This document shows, one piece after another, positions 26,123-39,699 of a stretch of DNA of 64,000 nt. The number at the start of each line of letters is the position of its first letter. Position 1 is the first letter of the stretch. The DNA is taken from assembly GCA_973895155.1 (NCBI GenBank), contig OZ316893.1, forward strand, positions 6,968,963 to 7,032,962, read 5' to 3'. This DNA comes from Marsupella aquatica. Lineage: Eukaryota; Plantae; Marchantiophyta. The position numbers and the translations under genes are program-made. Under the pieces are notes generated by a model. That model saw only the letters and a list, made by a program, of their open reading frames with translations, was not told the DNA's origin and searched no databases.

Positions 26123-26668
26123 TGTCGTGACATATAGTATCGTAGCCATAGTGTATTGAAAACATACAAGGCACCGACAATGCACATATGCAAGCTGCTA
26201 GCAACCAACATGCATAGAAAAAGTCACATCACATTGACAAGTGCCAAGAAAAAGCAAATGAGGTGGTATGTATGTAGTGGAGGTGTAAACCTATGTATAA
26301 ACCTTTGTACATAAAAGGCGTAAGAGAAACAAGCGTACTGAAATCGAATCAAAAACCGGCGAGATGCCAAGATCGGCCGGGAGCATCTAACGAATCCCTG
26401 TGTGAATCCGGTGTATGGAACTGACGAGCACTGTCTGAGCTCTGTCAACAGCAATTCAAGAGGAACTGAAAAACGGCAAAGAAAGACATGCCCTAAGTAA
26501 GCCAAGTCCAAGCGTCACACTAACAACCACGTTTGCTTCAAGAACTGCCCAGACTTGCTACAAGAACATGTCGCTAACTCAAGTAGTACACTAGCCCTAA
26601 CTACATACCTAGCGGGCATGCGAGGGACATGCCGATGTGCACAAGAGGGATTGTCCCTCGGCATGACA
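26123..26668. mobile_element. solo LTR (546 bp) with 4-bp TSD TATT
   Basis: Termini TGTCGTG...CATGACA flanked by tatt on both sides. Removing the insert restores gatttgagtattattaaagc, matching the uninterrupted paralogue gatttcagtgttattagagc at ~10280-10299. Confidence 0.8.
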
Positions 26669-29247
26669 TATTATTAAAGCAAGTGACAATCTGTATGTAC
26701 CTTATATACACTATTTTTCAAGACTTGTGCACTTGTACTGGTCATTACGTAACATGTACTATTCTTTGGCATGTGTTATATATTTCCCACTCAATCCTAC
26801 CAAATACTATGCATAAATGGTTTACAAAGTGACAATATAAAACATGAAACATGTTCAAGGATGAACATGCTAATGCTGATGTGGACTTTAACTTTACAGG
26901 ATGTTGGGAGACCACGTTTTAAATGTACCTGTTTTCAATCATGGATTGGAGCAGGTCCCCCAAAATACTGATCTGGACAAACTTTAACTTTATAGGAGAC
27001 CATGTATCTTTTACATAGACAAGTGGCTTGTACAAGAAATCCCCCAATCTTAGAGTCAACTTGCAGATGAGTAGCCTTTTGTTTGTGACCCTCAAATTGT
27101 TGGCCCTTAGGTTTTACATGAAGGTGGGTGTCATTGACCCATCTTGCGACTACTCTCTAGCCAAGAAAGGTAAGGCGTGGAAGTCACCATCTTGGGAAAT
27201 TGGTCAGAAGCCAGATTCCATGACTCAGAGATGAGCACAGTCTAAGTCAGCCCAATCGTACCTCCTTAAGACAAATCCGCAACAAATGTCAAATCTTATG
27301 ATATGGCCACTTGAAGTCGAGAGCAACTCTTAGGGGTTTCACTTCCACAAAAATGACACATCACATGCGACAAAGTATAGAGTCATTTTATTGGTTCAAA
27401 GGGAAGACTTCAGAATTTTATGAGAAGAACAATAGGGTTTTTTTAATCAAATTTTGAGACTTATAAGAACATTAGGGTCCTTATAACCAAATTTTTAGAA
27501 TATTCCAAGAATATTCCAAATTTATAGGGGTTGAAAAATAAAATTCTTACATTTTAGGGGGTCCGAGGCCTAAAAACGTCGTAGGTGATGGGGAGACATC
27601 CATATAGTGAGACCCACGAGGAGCAACTTAGGCGCCCCAGCCCGCCTAGACTGAAGTGCCAGATCCAAGGCACAAGCACAAGGGATGCTTGGACCACTTG
27701 ACCCAAGCACTAAGTTGGTCATAACGTCTGGCTCCAAACTCTATTCATGGACTGTGAGACCTTGTTGCGATCAATGATTTGGCACCTACGTGCACATAAG
27801 AGAGCGAGTCAAATGGACCTTGTTATGCCTTCCAATTGGGGGCCAAAGATTTAGGGTTGGAAATTCTCCAAAAGCATATATGAGGGAAGTACCCTTTATT
27901 TGTCAATCAAGGAGCTTGTGATCACACTGATTACTCCCCAAGTCACTACCTATGCTGGTGCAAGGGACTTGTGGAAAAACCCTTGGTTGGCATGTAACTG
28001 GAAATGAAGGGAGGTTAGTTGGCTTTCAAAGCTCAAGTTACACAAGCCAGGGGAGGTGAGTGACCTTGACGCCAGGGGATGCTAGTGTCACTCCCAGTTT
28101 GGTATGTGTCAAGGACCCATAGTCAATAGCTGAGCATTTGGATTTATAAGCATGAGGCCTACGTGAGGTCAGCTTTGTGCTACAGGACCCATACGCTGCA
28201 AAGCTAGAGACCCAACTAGAGACATGGGAAATAAGGTGAAATTTGGTTCCCTTGGAAAGGGGATGGTGCATAATAATGGGGGCCTTCTGTTTCTCTCCAT
28301 TCAACGCAAATGAGAGGGCCAGTTGCATCCACTATATAAAGTTAAAATGCAAGCCAAAATGTGTCAAGTGTGGAGCTAACAGATGCAAGACCCTGATTTG
28401 AAACAGTCCCTTGGGCCATTCTTGAAGAAGGCCTCAAGAGGAGGTCTAAGTTTGTGACAAAAACACATGTAGACATCAGCAAGAAATTTAAAGGATTCGC
28501 AACTGAAGGGGCCCATTGGCATATGAGAAGGCTCTTTAATGGTTTTGTCTCATTGTGCCCCTGAGTTCATGTAAAGTGAAGTCTGACCTGTTCCCACAAT
28601 TGATTGGCTACGATGTATTGCATCTCATAAAGAGAAAAAAACTAAAGGGAACAGTCTAGCTACCAAGATTTATTGTAATCTACTTTTGTTGACACTGTAA
28701 TTTCAGCCAAACTTAAGTTTAGAAACCTCTTAAGGATATATTTCGAGATCTTTCTATCCAGAAGCAAGACTTATGATTAAGAAGGAAGGGCAAGATCAAG
28801 GCCCATTATGTGACTGTCATACAAGCTGCCAGCCTTTGCTGCCCATCGGATGCAATTTTTTCTATTAAGTATAAAAGTGAATTAATGAACCCCACTTTGG
28901 GGTCTGTTCACCACCTAGCATGGGGTCAGCTATGGTCATCCCAACTTGTGCTATAATCTGGATCTGGTGGCAGGAGACGGCCGCTACACACAAATTAATG
29001 TGATGAGTATGAATCTTGCCTCTCGTGCTTAATCCCTTATGAGCACTAAGATGCCTCTCAGCAACAAATGTTTTGTATGGTCACATTTTGAGCATTACTG
29101 TATCTTTGACCATTAGATCTATGCATGTGCCCACTTCATGACCATTAGATCTATGTGACCACTTCACAGCAAACATTGCAGGGTCATATTAATTATGACA
29201 GTTAGATCTATGACCATTAGATCTATGTACCCACTTCACCTGGTATA

Positions 29248-30125
29248 CAGTGAACTTTGGATAAACGCATCCTCTCGGAAAGAAGGATCTGGCGTGCACT
29301 AAAGCAGGTGTTGCATGACTTGATAAGCGCACGTCCCACTAAAAGTGTTGTAATAGATAAGTGTGCTTAATTTGGGATCCTTTGTTAAATGTGTAATTAT
29401 CCAGGGTTTCCAGGTATTTGAGACCAACTTGTGTGGGCGATGGCAGATTGAGCACTACCAAGTGAATGAACAATGATATGGACTCCAAAACTCACCATGC
29501 ACATTGTAAATACTACAATATACCCAGATCACACCAACATTCTGTGAAATCAAACTTTATTTCAATATGACAACAAATTTTATTTCAAAATGACAACATT
29601 ATGTCCGATGCATAGTAAAAACAAAAGTGGACTACAGTTCCTACATTGGGCCTACACAACTTCTTTAGTACCGACGGCATTATGGATTGAGTAGTCCCTT
29701 CAACTAAGGAGCTTCCTGCCTGGTCTACTTCACCCTCCACTGCCTCAGCATTGTATTTTCCTTCAATATAGGTCCATCTTCCATCTGGACTAAAAGACCC
29801 CGTAGTCAAACTCGTACCTTGATCCCTGCCCTAATTCATTGCCCAAACTCCTTAAGTGCATTATGTACTCTACTAATGGGCATGCCTTTATCAATAAATG
29901 ACATTTCTGGAGTTTATACATTTACATATAAGCGCATTCAATCACTTATCCAAGGTAAGTGCTTAGAAAGTTGTCGTTTAGCGGAATGATTTTAGCCCTA
30001 TGTGCGCTTAGAAAAAACACTTAAAAACCGCTTATCCCATGTAAAAAAAAAGGGAAGAACAAGATGGCATGCAATAATCCAGGGTAAGCGTTTATGGAGT
30101 GTGTGAGTTTATCCAGAGTTCACTG
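29248..30125. mobile_element. Tc1/mariner superfamily (pogo-like) non-autonomous element
   Basis: 19-bp TIRs CAGTGAACT(T/C)TGGATAAAC with one mismatch, TA on both sides, no transposase ORF. Confidence 0.85.
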
Positions 30126-30564
30126 TAGTAGAAAATATGCAATAAAAGACTTGATGGGGCCCCTCTAGGTAAAGATATCTCTGACGAGCCCTCACTTTTC
30201 AAAAATACTTCCTAGGCTCCCTTGAGCCCTGCAACCCCACTTCATGACCTGTGTGATTATTTTTCCCTTTTCTAATTCGAACATCTTACGTACATCTATG
30301 TATGTCAATCATTGAGGTGTACTCCTTGGAAGTATTTTTCCATTTATTTTTGTTTGAAAATACTAACATATAATACAGTCCGTCATACTTAGACGACCAT
30401 GTCACTCCCTTATTCATTTTATCCTTATTTTTAAGTACTTTTTGTCGGACTTCTATACAGAAACTTGTAGGGAATGCTTTGGCTTTTTCTCTGACTTGAA
30501 AAGAAGATTTAATTTTTTGGAAGTTAGTTTATTTTTAGTTATCTTGCTACTTGTGTTCCAATTT

Positions 30565-31142
30565 CTATGTGCAACGCACAGGTTATAAAACACCATCACA
30601 ACAACTTTACCTTATCTAAGTGAGATGTTCTCTCATCTTGCCATTTTATCTCACATTCACATTTTTTATCTCACCATGACATTTTTTCTCTCCCTGACAT
30701 TTCTCACCTGGCTTAACATCTTTTCCTTGACTCTACATCTTACCTTTTGCTCACCTTGACATCTTTGTCTCACTACAATATCTTTCCATCACCCTCAATT
30801 TCTTTTCTCTTCTCGATATGTATATTTTCTCTCCTCGACCTCTTTTTCTCACCTTGTTATCTTTTCTCTCCTCGACCTCTTTTTCTCACTTTGACTTAAT
30901 TTCCTCAGCTCAACATCTCTTTCTCTCATTGACATTTTTTTCACCTCAACATCTTTATCTCACCTCCTTGTCTTTGCCTCTCCTTGACATCTTGCCCTTG
31001 CCTCAACATCTTTCTCTCACCGTCCTCCCTATCTTTTCCTCACCTGGCCGGACATCTTGCCCTTGCCTCAACATCTTTGCCTCTCCTCGACATCTTGCTC
31101 TCATCTCAAAATCTTTCATGCAACCCACGGGCATCAGGCTAG
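30565..31142 (+). mobile_element. non-autonomous Helitron-like element with pyrimidine-rich minisatellite
   Basis: Ends catgcaacccacgggcatcagg-CTAG|T; an internal gtgcaacgcac hairpin at ~30568-30578; degenerate gacatctt repeats between them. Confidence 0.65.
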
Positions 31143-33127
31143 TTGTAACATAATACATAAAACTATCTACATCGATCAGTCCACCAGATCTACTCTCTAG
31201 AGTGTACTTCTGTGTATGCAGTATTTAGCACTTGTCATTCCCACCCGCATTCCCATTTATTTTTTATTCATGTTTTAAAACACTTCTGCAAGGTACATAT
31301 TATTTACTTGGTATGTAATGCTCACTCTCTTTAGTTGTTCCATGTCAATTTTTTGAAGTACTAAAGCTTGAAAGTATTTCTCCAAGTATAGTCTTGCCTT
31401 AACTGTTGTAAGGTAAACCAATGGTTTTGGGTGCTCTTTTTTAAAAAGTCATTTTTGGCAAATAAGTCAAGTGGGACTTAAACAATTCTTTGATGTTATT
31501 TTTCCAAAGGTTTTTTTGGAAATAAACATTTCAGACTTGAGCATTTCCTTGGTGTTATTTTTGTGAATTTTTAGATGTGAGCACTTAGGTGGAGTATTTC
31601 AAGCAATTTAAGTAACGCCGCTTAAACAACAAGTTTTATTCGCTAGCTATTCCCAAGGCATTAATTGAACTTACAAGGCATCTATTGAATCCATGAAAAT
31701 GAGCATAGAGCATGCACATAGTAACAAGTGAATAATAAGTTACATGACCTTAAAAATTTGAGCTCATTGGTTGGCGCAACAACCACAAAATTAGCTATCA
31801 AATCATACTGCAATTCACATCTATGTGTTTACTCAAGTGACAAAAAATTCAGTTTGTGTGTCCCACCCTGTGACCACAATCCAATCTGTAAAATGTACCT
31901 ACAAAGACATTGACAAGTTCAGCATGCGGCTTCACTCCCAAATCCTGCTTATTTCAGTTCTACAAAAACATCACAATCTTGAACCAAGACTTTAGTCTAC
32001 ACAGTACTATCAAAGAGACAAATACCCTCATATATCTTAGAGGGGGGGGGGGAGATGTCCTACATCACGTGCGACATTTCAGGGTTTGGACCCCCTGACT
32101 TTCAAGTGAATTGTTTTTGCGCCCATGCACCCTTACTTTCTGAAAAGCGAGCATATTTTGGATGATTTACCCCTAAAAATCTTTAAGTAAAGTTCTATTA
32201 TGATTTAAAAAATGCCTATTAAGAAAAGTAAAATTCCTCAATAGTGTAGACCCATGTGTTTTGCAATGGTGCAAATTCATCCGCCTTTCCATTGGATGCG
32301 ATCTCTTGTAAAGTCTATAGACCAACCATGAAGTTGAGTATCTTGTAAATTTCATTCATGATCATCCAACAACTACTTGTCTTATTCACACTTGAATAGC
32401 GAAGCACGGTGGGTGCCAGATACTATGAATAGGTAACCAAACACCATTATAGGTTACCTATTCAACTGAAGGCAGCGTTTCTCTACCTTGCTTCACAAGC
32501 TCCCACATGATGATGTCCACATGATGGAGGGGAATTGAACTTCTGACTGAGCATAAATCTCAATTTTCCAATCCGTCATCCCCTACTCTACTCCCTCCCA
32601 CTAACCCTAGGCATGCATCAGATGTGAAGTATACACACATCACCTAGTACTTTGAAATAAACAATACTCAATTATATATCACAATTTACTCACACTCTGA
32701 ATGTATATATGTGGTCAGAGCCTACAAGTCACTTGCATCTAGGACATATACACTCTATCAACTATCCTAGACTTCATTCTCAAGTTCACATTTGAAATTA
32801 CCATCTCTCTTTCAATCAGTTGCCCATCCGTTGCATCATAAGTAAACAAAATTTTGTTGTTAACGGTAGATTTGTACCAATAACACTGCAAGCAACACAA
32901 ATTTCCATTTTTTCCAACTACACGCCTGATTGCACGTACAGGCCTGTCCAGCAGATCTATTACATTCCGACATCTAACCAATGTGAGCCATTTCTTTGTA
33001 TCATAAACTCAATCCTACCCAGTTAATTACCCTTAATCATTCTTTCTTTATAGGTATTGCCTGAGCAACAACAGGTTGTTTCTCTCTTCCCTTCCTTTTC
33101 TTTGACTTATGATCTGGTAGAATGACC

Positions 33128-33472
33128 TGTTGAGCATAGACGACAATTGCAACGGCAAGCCCATGAACCATCCAACGCACAGTAGTCGACATAGAGAGAT
33201 ACGTGGTTCACCTCCACATGAGGCTACGTCCACGGGAACACACATGAGCTTTACTGCACTCTAGGCCGACCGACCATACCAAGCATCCACAGCGCAAGCT
33301 CTCTCTATCTCTCAACTAGCTCCGTAACAATGAGCCTGAGTTCCCACTCTCCAAGCAAACACCGCTTGGTTATAGAGGGTGCACAACATGACTAACCTAA
33401 CCAAGTCTGCGACTAAGGTTAGCCTTAACTACGGTGCAGTCGTGACTCTAGACCTAAGAGTAAATCCTAACA
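33128..33472 (-). mobile_element. solo LTR (345 bp) with 5-bp TSD TGACC; same family as the LTR at 63034-63377
   Basis: TG...CA termini with tgacc on both flanks. The reverse complement aligns with 63034-63377, e.g. ttcccgtggacgtagcctcatgtggaggtgaa and gtcgtctatgctcaaca. Confidence 0.92.
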
Positions 33473-34944
33473 TGACCAACCTTAGCAACAGACTCATACA
33501 AAACTGCTATATCACTACCAATGTCAACCAATCAAGTCACATAGTCACCATTTTCCTTCTCCTTATTTACCAGTAGTGTTTTAGGTCTTCTGGGCTATCC
33601 TAGTTAGCCTATCAGTGGTGGACCTTGCCACCCAGTGCCCTCACCAATCCCAACACTCTCGCCTAAGTGCCCTTGGTGCCCAAACACCTACACGGAACTC
33701 CTTGAGCAAGCAACTTGGTACCTGTAGCACCTTCGGCGCCAACTCCCATACGAAGCCGCACTTGCTAGACTTTAACTTGACTGTAGCTCAATGGTCTTTA
33801 CAATTTTCACAAGCAATCGAACACCTAAGTAAGTAACCCGCAGGATCTAGGAACTCCAAAACTAGCGTCTCAACTCAAGCTCAACAGACTTTGTATTTAA
33901 GTAGATTAGCGAATATAACCTATGGGCCAGCGTGGCCTTGCCATAAGCCAAAGCCCAAGCTGACACCCATTGTTCGTCCAGAACTGCCCCTTTCAAGGTC
34001 GCCCATGCTTCCCCACTTCCTATTCGTCACTGGTTGACCGTCTTCCCTCTAGTAGGACATGCTCATGGCCCAAATAGTTCTTTAAAGTGGACCAAAAAAT
34101 AAAGCACACCCATTGTTCTTCCACAAATCTTTGGAATTATTCCGCCAAACCCATTTAAATTGGCCTATACTTCTTTGCACGGGCCCACTCTCCCTCCCCC
34201 CCCTGGGCCCCCAGCATTATTAATAATGGGTTGGACGTGCGAACGGATGAAGGGTGCAAAAAATCTGATTTGAGATTAATTTTTATAATTGGCTTAGAAA
34301 TATCAAGGGATGGTTTTATTCAAAGAACCCTTTCTAACTAATATAGGCTTATATAAATGTTGCCCAAGTTAATATGCTTCAAGAGGTGATGTAATATGGA
34401 TGTGACACGCGTCACAATAGGATTGGTCCTTGTGGCCACCCTTTATTGGAACATGTGTATATGACATATAATTATGCTTGCAACATCTATGATTCAGAGT
34501 AGTTTAGGACTTTGGAGCTTTTGAACCCTGACTACCCTGCCGTGTGGTTCAAAAATGCCCCAAAGTTGAAGTTTGGGGTTAAAGGGTCACGAACACAAAA
34601 ATGTATGTACCCAAAACCCTTCCAAAACACTCCCGTCAATTTTAGTACCGTGTGCAAATGATGAATTTATAACTTTTCAAGGCTTTCATAAATGGTGTAA
34701 AATGTGAAATTATAATATCTCAAAGGGGCAGATTTATTCTCCAAAATTAAGTTTTTAAGAATAACAAGAGAAATTTTTATAGGCTTCCAAAAATAATAAG
34801 GGGTACTAAGGAGGGGGGTGTACGCACGTATACCTCTTTAGTTTACAAAGGCTGGGGGCCCAGGCCCCCCCCCCAATGAGACCCTCATACCTGGAATTCA
34901 TCAATCCAACCTAGTACTTAAAAATAAAGAGAATAAAATAATTT

Positions 34945-35300
34945 AATGTCAATTCACTCTACTTCCCGGCTTAGTGCTTGCTCCCTGCCAAAAACCATTA
35001 TGTCAAGTAAATCTTTTCACTTTCATGTTCCATTCCAAAATGTACTCAAAATAGATCATAAAATTATATATTTTCACTTTAATGTTCCATGCCAAAAAGT
35101 AAACTACAAACTACAAAATAACTAAAGTAACACATTCAAGTACTCTAACATAAACTTACTTTGTAGTATAACTTACATACTTACCTTGAACTATAACTTA
35201 GAGCCAATTTTAGTTACCCATCTAACTCAATCCAAAAGCCTTAAATAATTCTAGAAAATATCTTATGGCTGAGCATGGTTCCCTCCTTTTTCATTTTTTT
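34945..35300 (+). repeat. dispersed AT-rich repeat, direct paralogue of 53450-53812
   Basis: Shared blocks tcaagtaaatcttttcactttcatg, ctacaaaataacta, ctcaatccaa and gttccctcctttttcattttt. Confidence 0.85.
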
Positions 35301-35358
35301 AAAGGCACGATTTGTTATTAGAATAATAGATTAAAGAAAGGGAAAAATAATCACACCT

Positions 35359-35814
35359 TGTCATGAGAAAGGGTTCCAGGGACGGGGCTAGTCAGGTATA
35401 TCTTTACCTAGACTGAGGGGCCTATCAATTATTTTTGCTGAGCAAATGTGTTAAACCTGCACGGAAAGGAAACACTGGTGCTTTCATCTGTTTCGACGTC
35501 ATGTGCTTGGTTGTGGGCTGCATCAGTTGCATCATTGTGTTACTGGCTCTCCTCATTTGATAAAGTATTAAATGCTCTACCCAATCACCTGAAGTACAAA
35601 TGGACCTGTGAATCATGTATGGTAACACGCAAGTGACCGTCAAGTTTTGTCAGTTTCTTGTCCCCAATACAGTGGTCAATTTAGTGGGACATGGTAAGGG
35701 TGGCTCAAAACCCGGCTGAGGTCACGACGGGACCAGGTGAATGGGGGAGGGATCCCTTCCGAACGACGTGTCATCATGCAGCGCAATGCGGCGCCGCCTC
35801 TAAGAGGAGTATCA
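35359..35814. mobile_element. probable solo LTR (456 bp) with TSD CACCT
   Basis: Begins TGTCAT, ends GTATCA, with cacct on both flanks; GC-richer than its surroundings. Confidence 0.6.
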
Positions 35815-38304
35815 CACCTAATCCGAGTGGATGGCACAGACAGACAGATGACAAATTGTTTCTAGTGTAATTTTATGAAGACCCACAACTTAACTTATGG
35901 TCTACGCATCGCTTTTCTTACATTGCAATCGCTTGTCTCGCTCGAACAAATTTTGCCTCGAAAAAACCAATTGAATTTCATTCAAAAAGTCAGCATTTCA
36001 CGTATCTTCTTCAGGGCAGACGCAGGCCTGACTTCGCTTTGCATTCCGGGGATCAACTTGGAGGGTCTTGACATGGGGACATTTCTTAATTGTATTTTGT
36101 GACAAGAAGTCCCGTGTGCTCTCTTTCACTCGACAGAATCGTCAGTCGACAAATGTTATTCGTTTACTTTCAGGACTTGTCACAGTGCTGTCTTACAAGT
36201 ATCACTGTGCTGTCTTACAAGTAATTTGGGTATTACAGTACATCTCATCCAACTGACTTTGAGTAACAGGCCCGAACTGTAAAGTATTGGTTAAGATAGC
36301 GACCAATCAGCTAATGCCATTTGGCCCACAAGACTCAAATTGAGACGTGCCTGACTTGAATTCAGTCTAAGTCAGTCTCCTCTGGTCTCTTGGCCCTGAA
36401 AAGCTTCATGCCCTGTTAATAAAATATATACTCTCGTATATTAACGTTTCTTGCAGATCACTAATCATTAATTCTCTCGTAGAGACAGTACTCGTGCAAG
36501 CACATTGATTCTGATTCTAATGTATCCATGTACAGGTTCGAAACATTCCCGGAAACATTTTGTGATGTGTACGTACTGGTTGAAATTTAGCATTCTCATG
36601 CCACACTTAACGACCACGTGCCTCCACGTAAGCTGTTACGGACATGAAAACAGACATTAGAAATCCATGGGGGACCAGCTCCCATGTTCCCTAGGGCTTG
36701 GGTGTCTTCTGTAACATATGCAAACACATTGGCCCATTTCCTCATAACACTAATGAAAACAAGTATTCCAAATTTGATTAGGTGATGCTTGGCGGTAAAT
36801 CCTTTGGCTTCTCTCCAAGAATTGCACAAAAGAGAACTCAATATCGGACCTACACCCAATATACAATCAATGGATTGATCAGGAATGTTTTCTTCCAGGC
36901 AGTTGTCTGACAATTAGACTATGCATATGAATTGGATGTCCCAATTGACTCCCACAATAATCTACTTGCCACTTTATTATCAATCTTTTCACATTGGAAT
37001 ATCCAAACAAGTTCCAGACAAACCTACGTAAAACAGTTTCTTGTATATTTGTCTCTGTTCTTCATAGCAACTAGGCATAAAAAAAACACCAAATTTGATA
37101 ATCCACGATGGAGTTGCTAGCCGCCATATATTATTGCACGTGCTAACCTGAAACCGGGCCTGAATCTAATTCCCGCCAACACGAACCCGACTGAGATTGA
37201 ACACCAAGTCCAGGGATAAAGTCTATGAATCGAAATGGGGCTAAGTTTCCAAGGGAGATTCCAGGCCTTAAGCATCCGATTTCTGTAGTGTCTTATGTGT
37301 TGTGAGCTTCACGCGCGTGTCAAGCTCATGATTGTTTGCTCCTCTTCCATGGTAACCATACTCTCTTGTCTTAACGTGTGTCTGAACCCTCAAAAATAAC
37401 CGTTCAATTAAAGTGATGGACCTTTTTATCAACTGGTTTCGTTTTTGAATCCTTTGAAAGGGCCATCTCGGGTTTGTTGTTGTGAGAATGGGGGTTGGGG
37501 TAGTTTTTGTTTCCCTTGGTCCAACCCATTTCCCGATTATCATCTGCAAGAGCCTCAGCTCAGCTCTTCCATTTGTATCGCCTGGGAAAAAAATGTTTAG
37601 CTTGCAAAATGATAATTGCAGATGCGAGATAAGTGCAGCGTGTCCACCATGCATACTTTTGTATGTATGTGCCTGGGGAGATCTATGTCTTGGACCCAGC
37701 CTCCGATCAACTGAATGAATCCAGGAGCTTCAGATGTTAGGGTGACTAGAAGATCCGAATTGTTCAAACAACTTTACCGATTCGGTTTGTATTATTGCTC
37801 GCTAATGTGGTGTATTGTATGAACACAGGGTTGGTCATTCTGACAACCACGTATCGAGATGCATGTGCATATGGCGCCGGGGCTACTCGTGTTTCCTGTG
37901 ACCTGTGTGGTCTGTTGCCCCGGGCTTCTATGTGGGGAGTTTGATGTTGACTTTTGAGCCACACGAAACTCCGTTCATTAGCCGGGATTTGGTGAGGACG
38001 GGTGTAATAAAAATAATTTGCATTTATTCGTATTTGTTCCCAAATCTTACAGGCGATGGACTGTGATGCATTGCATCTCGGGTGGATAGCTATCGTAGAC
38101 TCTGCAAGTGGAAGTGTTTAGTGCATTATGGGCCCGTACTACAGCTTGGTCGAATCACCACTCTTTACTAGATAGACCTGTATGTTCTCGTAAGCACCAG
38201 TTAAACTCAATTGTTGCTGACAACTGCGAGAATTAATTAATCAACCCCTTGTGAAAGCCTAATTGATCTCCCTCAATTGTGCTCCTTACTTCTAGTGAGA
38301 CCAC

Positions 38305-39395
38305 TCAATGTGATGTACCAACTTGCCAGCATTGCAAGGCACTTATACCTTTTACAATCTGATCAGAGACAAAGAGGCTATGTCCAAAATTCAAATTTGC
38401 AGAACTTCGCTGATGGTAACTTACTATGGTTATCCTCGATTCCAAAGAGCAAACCCGGGAGGGCAAATTTCTCATTTGAAACTCTCCCGATTTGTAAGAA
38501 GGACCCACACAATGTCTTTGGGTTTGTTTGCATTAGCACAAACAAATAATGTGAAAACGTGTAAAGCTTCTCTTTAATGCTCTTACTTGGATCCTTCATC
38601 AAATTCATTGAAGTTATGGACCCTTAGGACAGAGGTACTTCACTATCGAAGATGCGTTGGATTGATCGGCCAATACCCTGCCCAGAAGTTTCGGACCTTG
38701 TCACTTGATGAAATAATCTGGAGACTCGAGAAGTTTGTTGTACTCGTCAATGAACAAATCATAATTCTCTATAAGATAGCAACAGTGGACTTGTGTGTTG
38801 TCATAAGAAGATATTCAAACGTTACGAATCCGTCAGAAGCCACTTCAAAATTTGGGTGGTTCATGTACGGCAATAGCCGCTTCTAGCTGCCAGAATCCAG
38901 CAGAAACCGAGCTACATTTTGGTCACGAATAGACGCCCAAAGCACAGTCCCATAGTGCAGGGCAATGTGTAGAATTCCATGCCCTGTCATAGCAAGATCA
39001 AGTAGGTCCATGTTCTTTTCCAGAAAGCCACCCGCAATGAGAAGTGAGTGCACTGATTCCCTTTGCAATATACTAGAACTTGCGCGGCATCTTTTCTTGC
39101 CTCCAAATTAATGTCGGGAACGCACTGAATCATCAGCCTGGTCATATTTCCTTTTACAATTTCTATGAAGTAACTAGGTGAGCGCATAGACGTGGATCTG
39201 GCTCTACTCTGGGCTCGACTTCATTGCTTCCATAGAGAATTAGCTTCATGACATATATCAAGGTTCCTGGTCAACTCCGTCAGCTTCTCCCATCTATTGG
39301 GGTCTCTACCAGCAGGCGATGAAAAAGCTGTCCATGTCAGCAGCTGCCATGTAGCTTTGACGAGCTCCTGGCTCGTTCTTCGATACACACCTCAT
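38305..39395 (-). pseudogene. MO25/CAB39-like intronless pseudogene
   Basis: Colinear MO25 motifs ELVKATWQLL, EKLTELTRNL, MKLILYGSNEVEP, NLEARKDAAQV, IALHYGTVL, HPNFEVASDGFVTF, ENYDLFIDEYNKLLES, MNLMKDPSKSI, EALHVFTLF..NKPKDIV and DQIVKGISAL, with many frameshifts and stops and no intron-sized gaps. Confidence 0.9.
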
Positions 39396-39699
39396 TTTTA
39401 GGTCCTTGTCTTCTGTTTGGGTTGAATCCTTGACTGATCCTTCGAGTGTAATAGTTTACTTCTTCGTCCCTCTGTGCAACCTAGGCGATTCAAAATTCCA
39501 CCAGAGCTTCAAACACTTCTCTGACTCGTCAAAATCAACACTTTCTTTACCACACCCGTGAAGTTCTGCTACAGCAGCGTTGAACTTCCGAAGGCAAAAA
39601 TCTTCTGCTATGACAATGATTATGATGCAGTAAGAACCTTATGTCCTTAAATGACACTATCCTTTGATTCGTGATTTGTGCTTGGCTCACAGGCTCTTA

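Noticed and set aside
26900-29050. Possible decayed transposon coding region
   Set aside because: No domain motif, terminal repeat or TSD could be identified.
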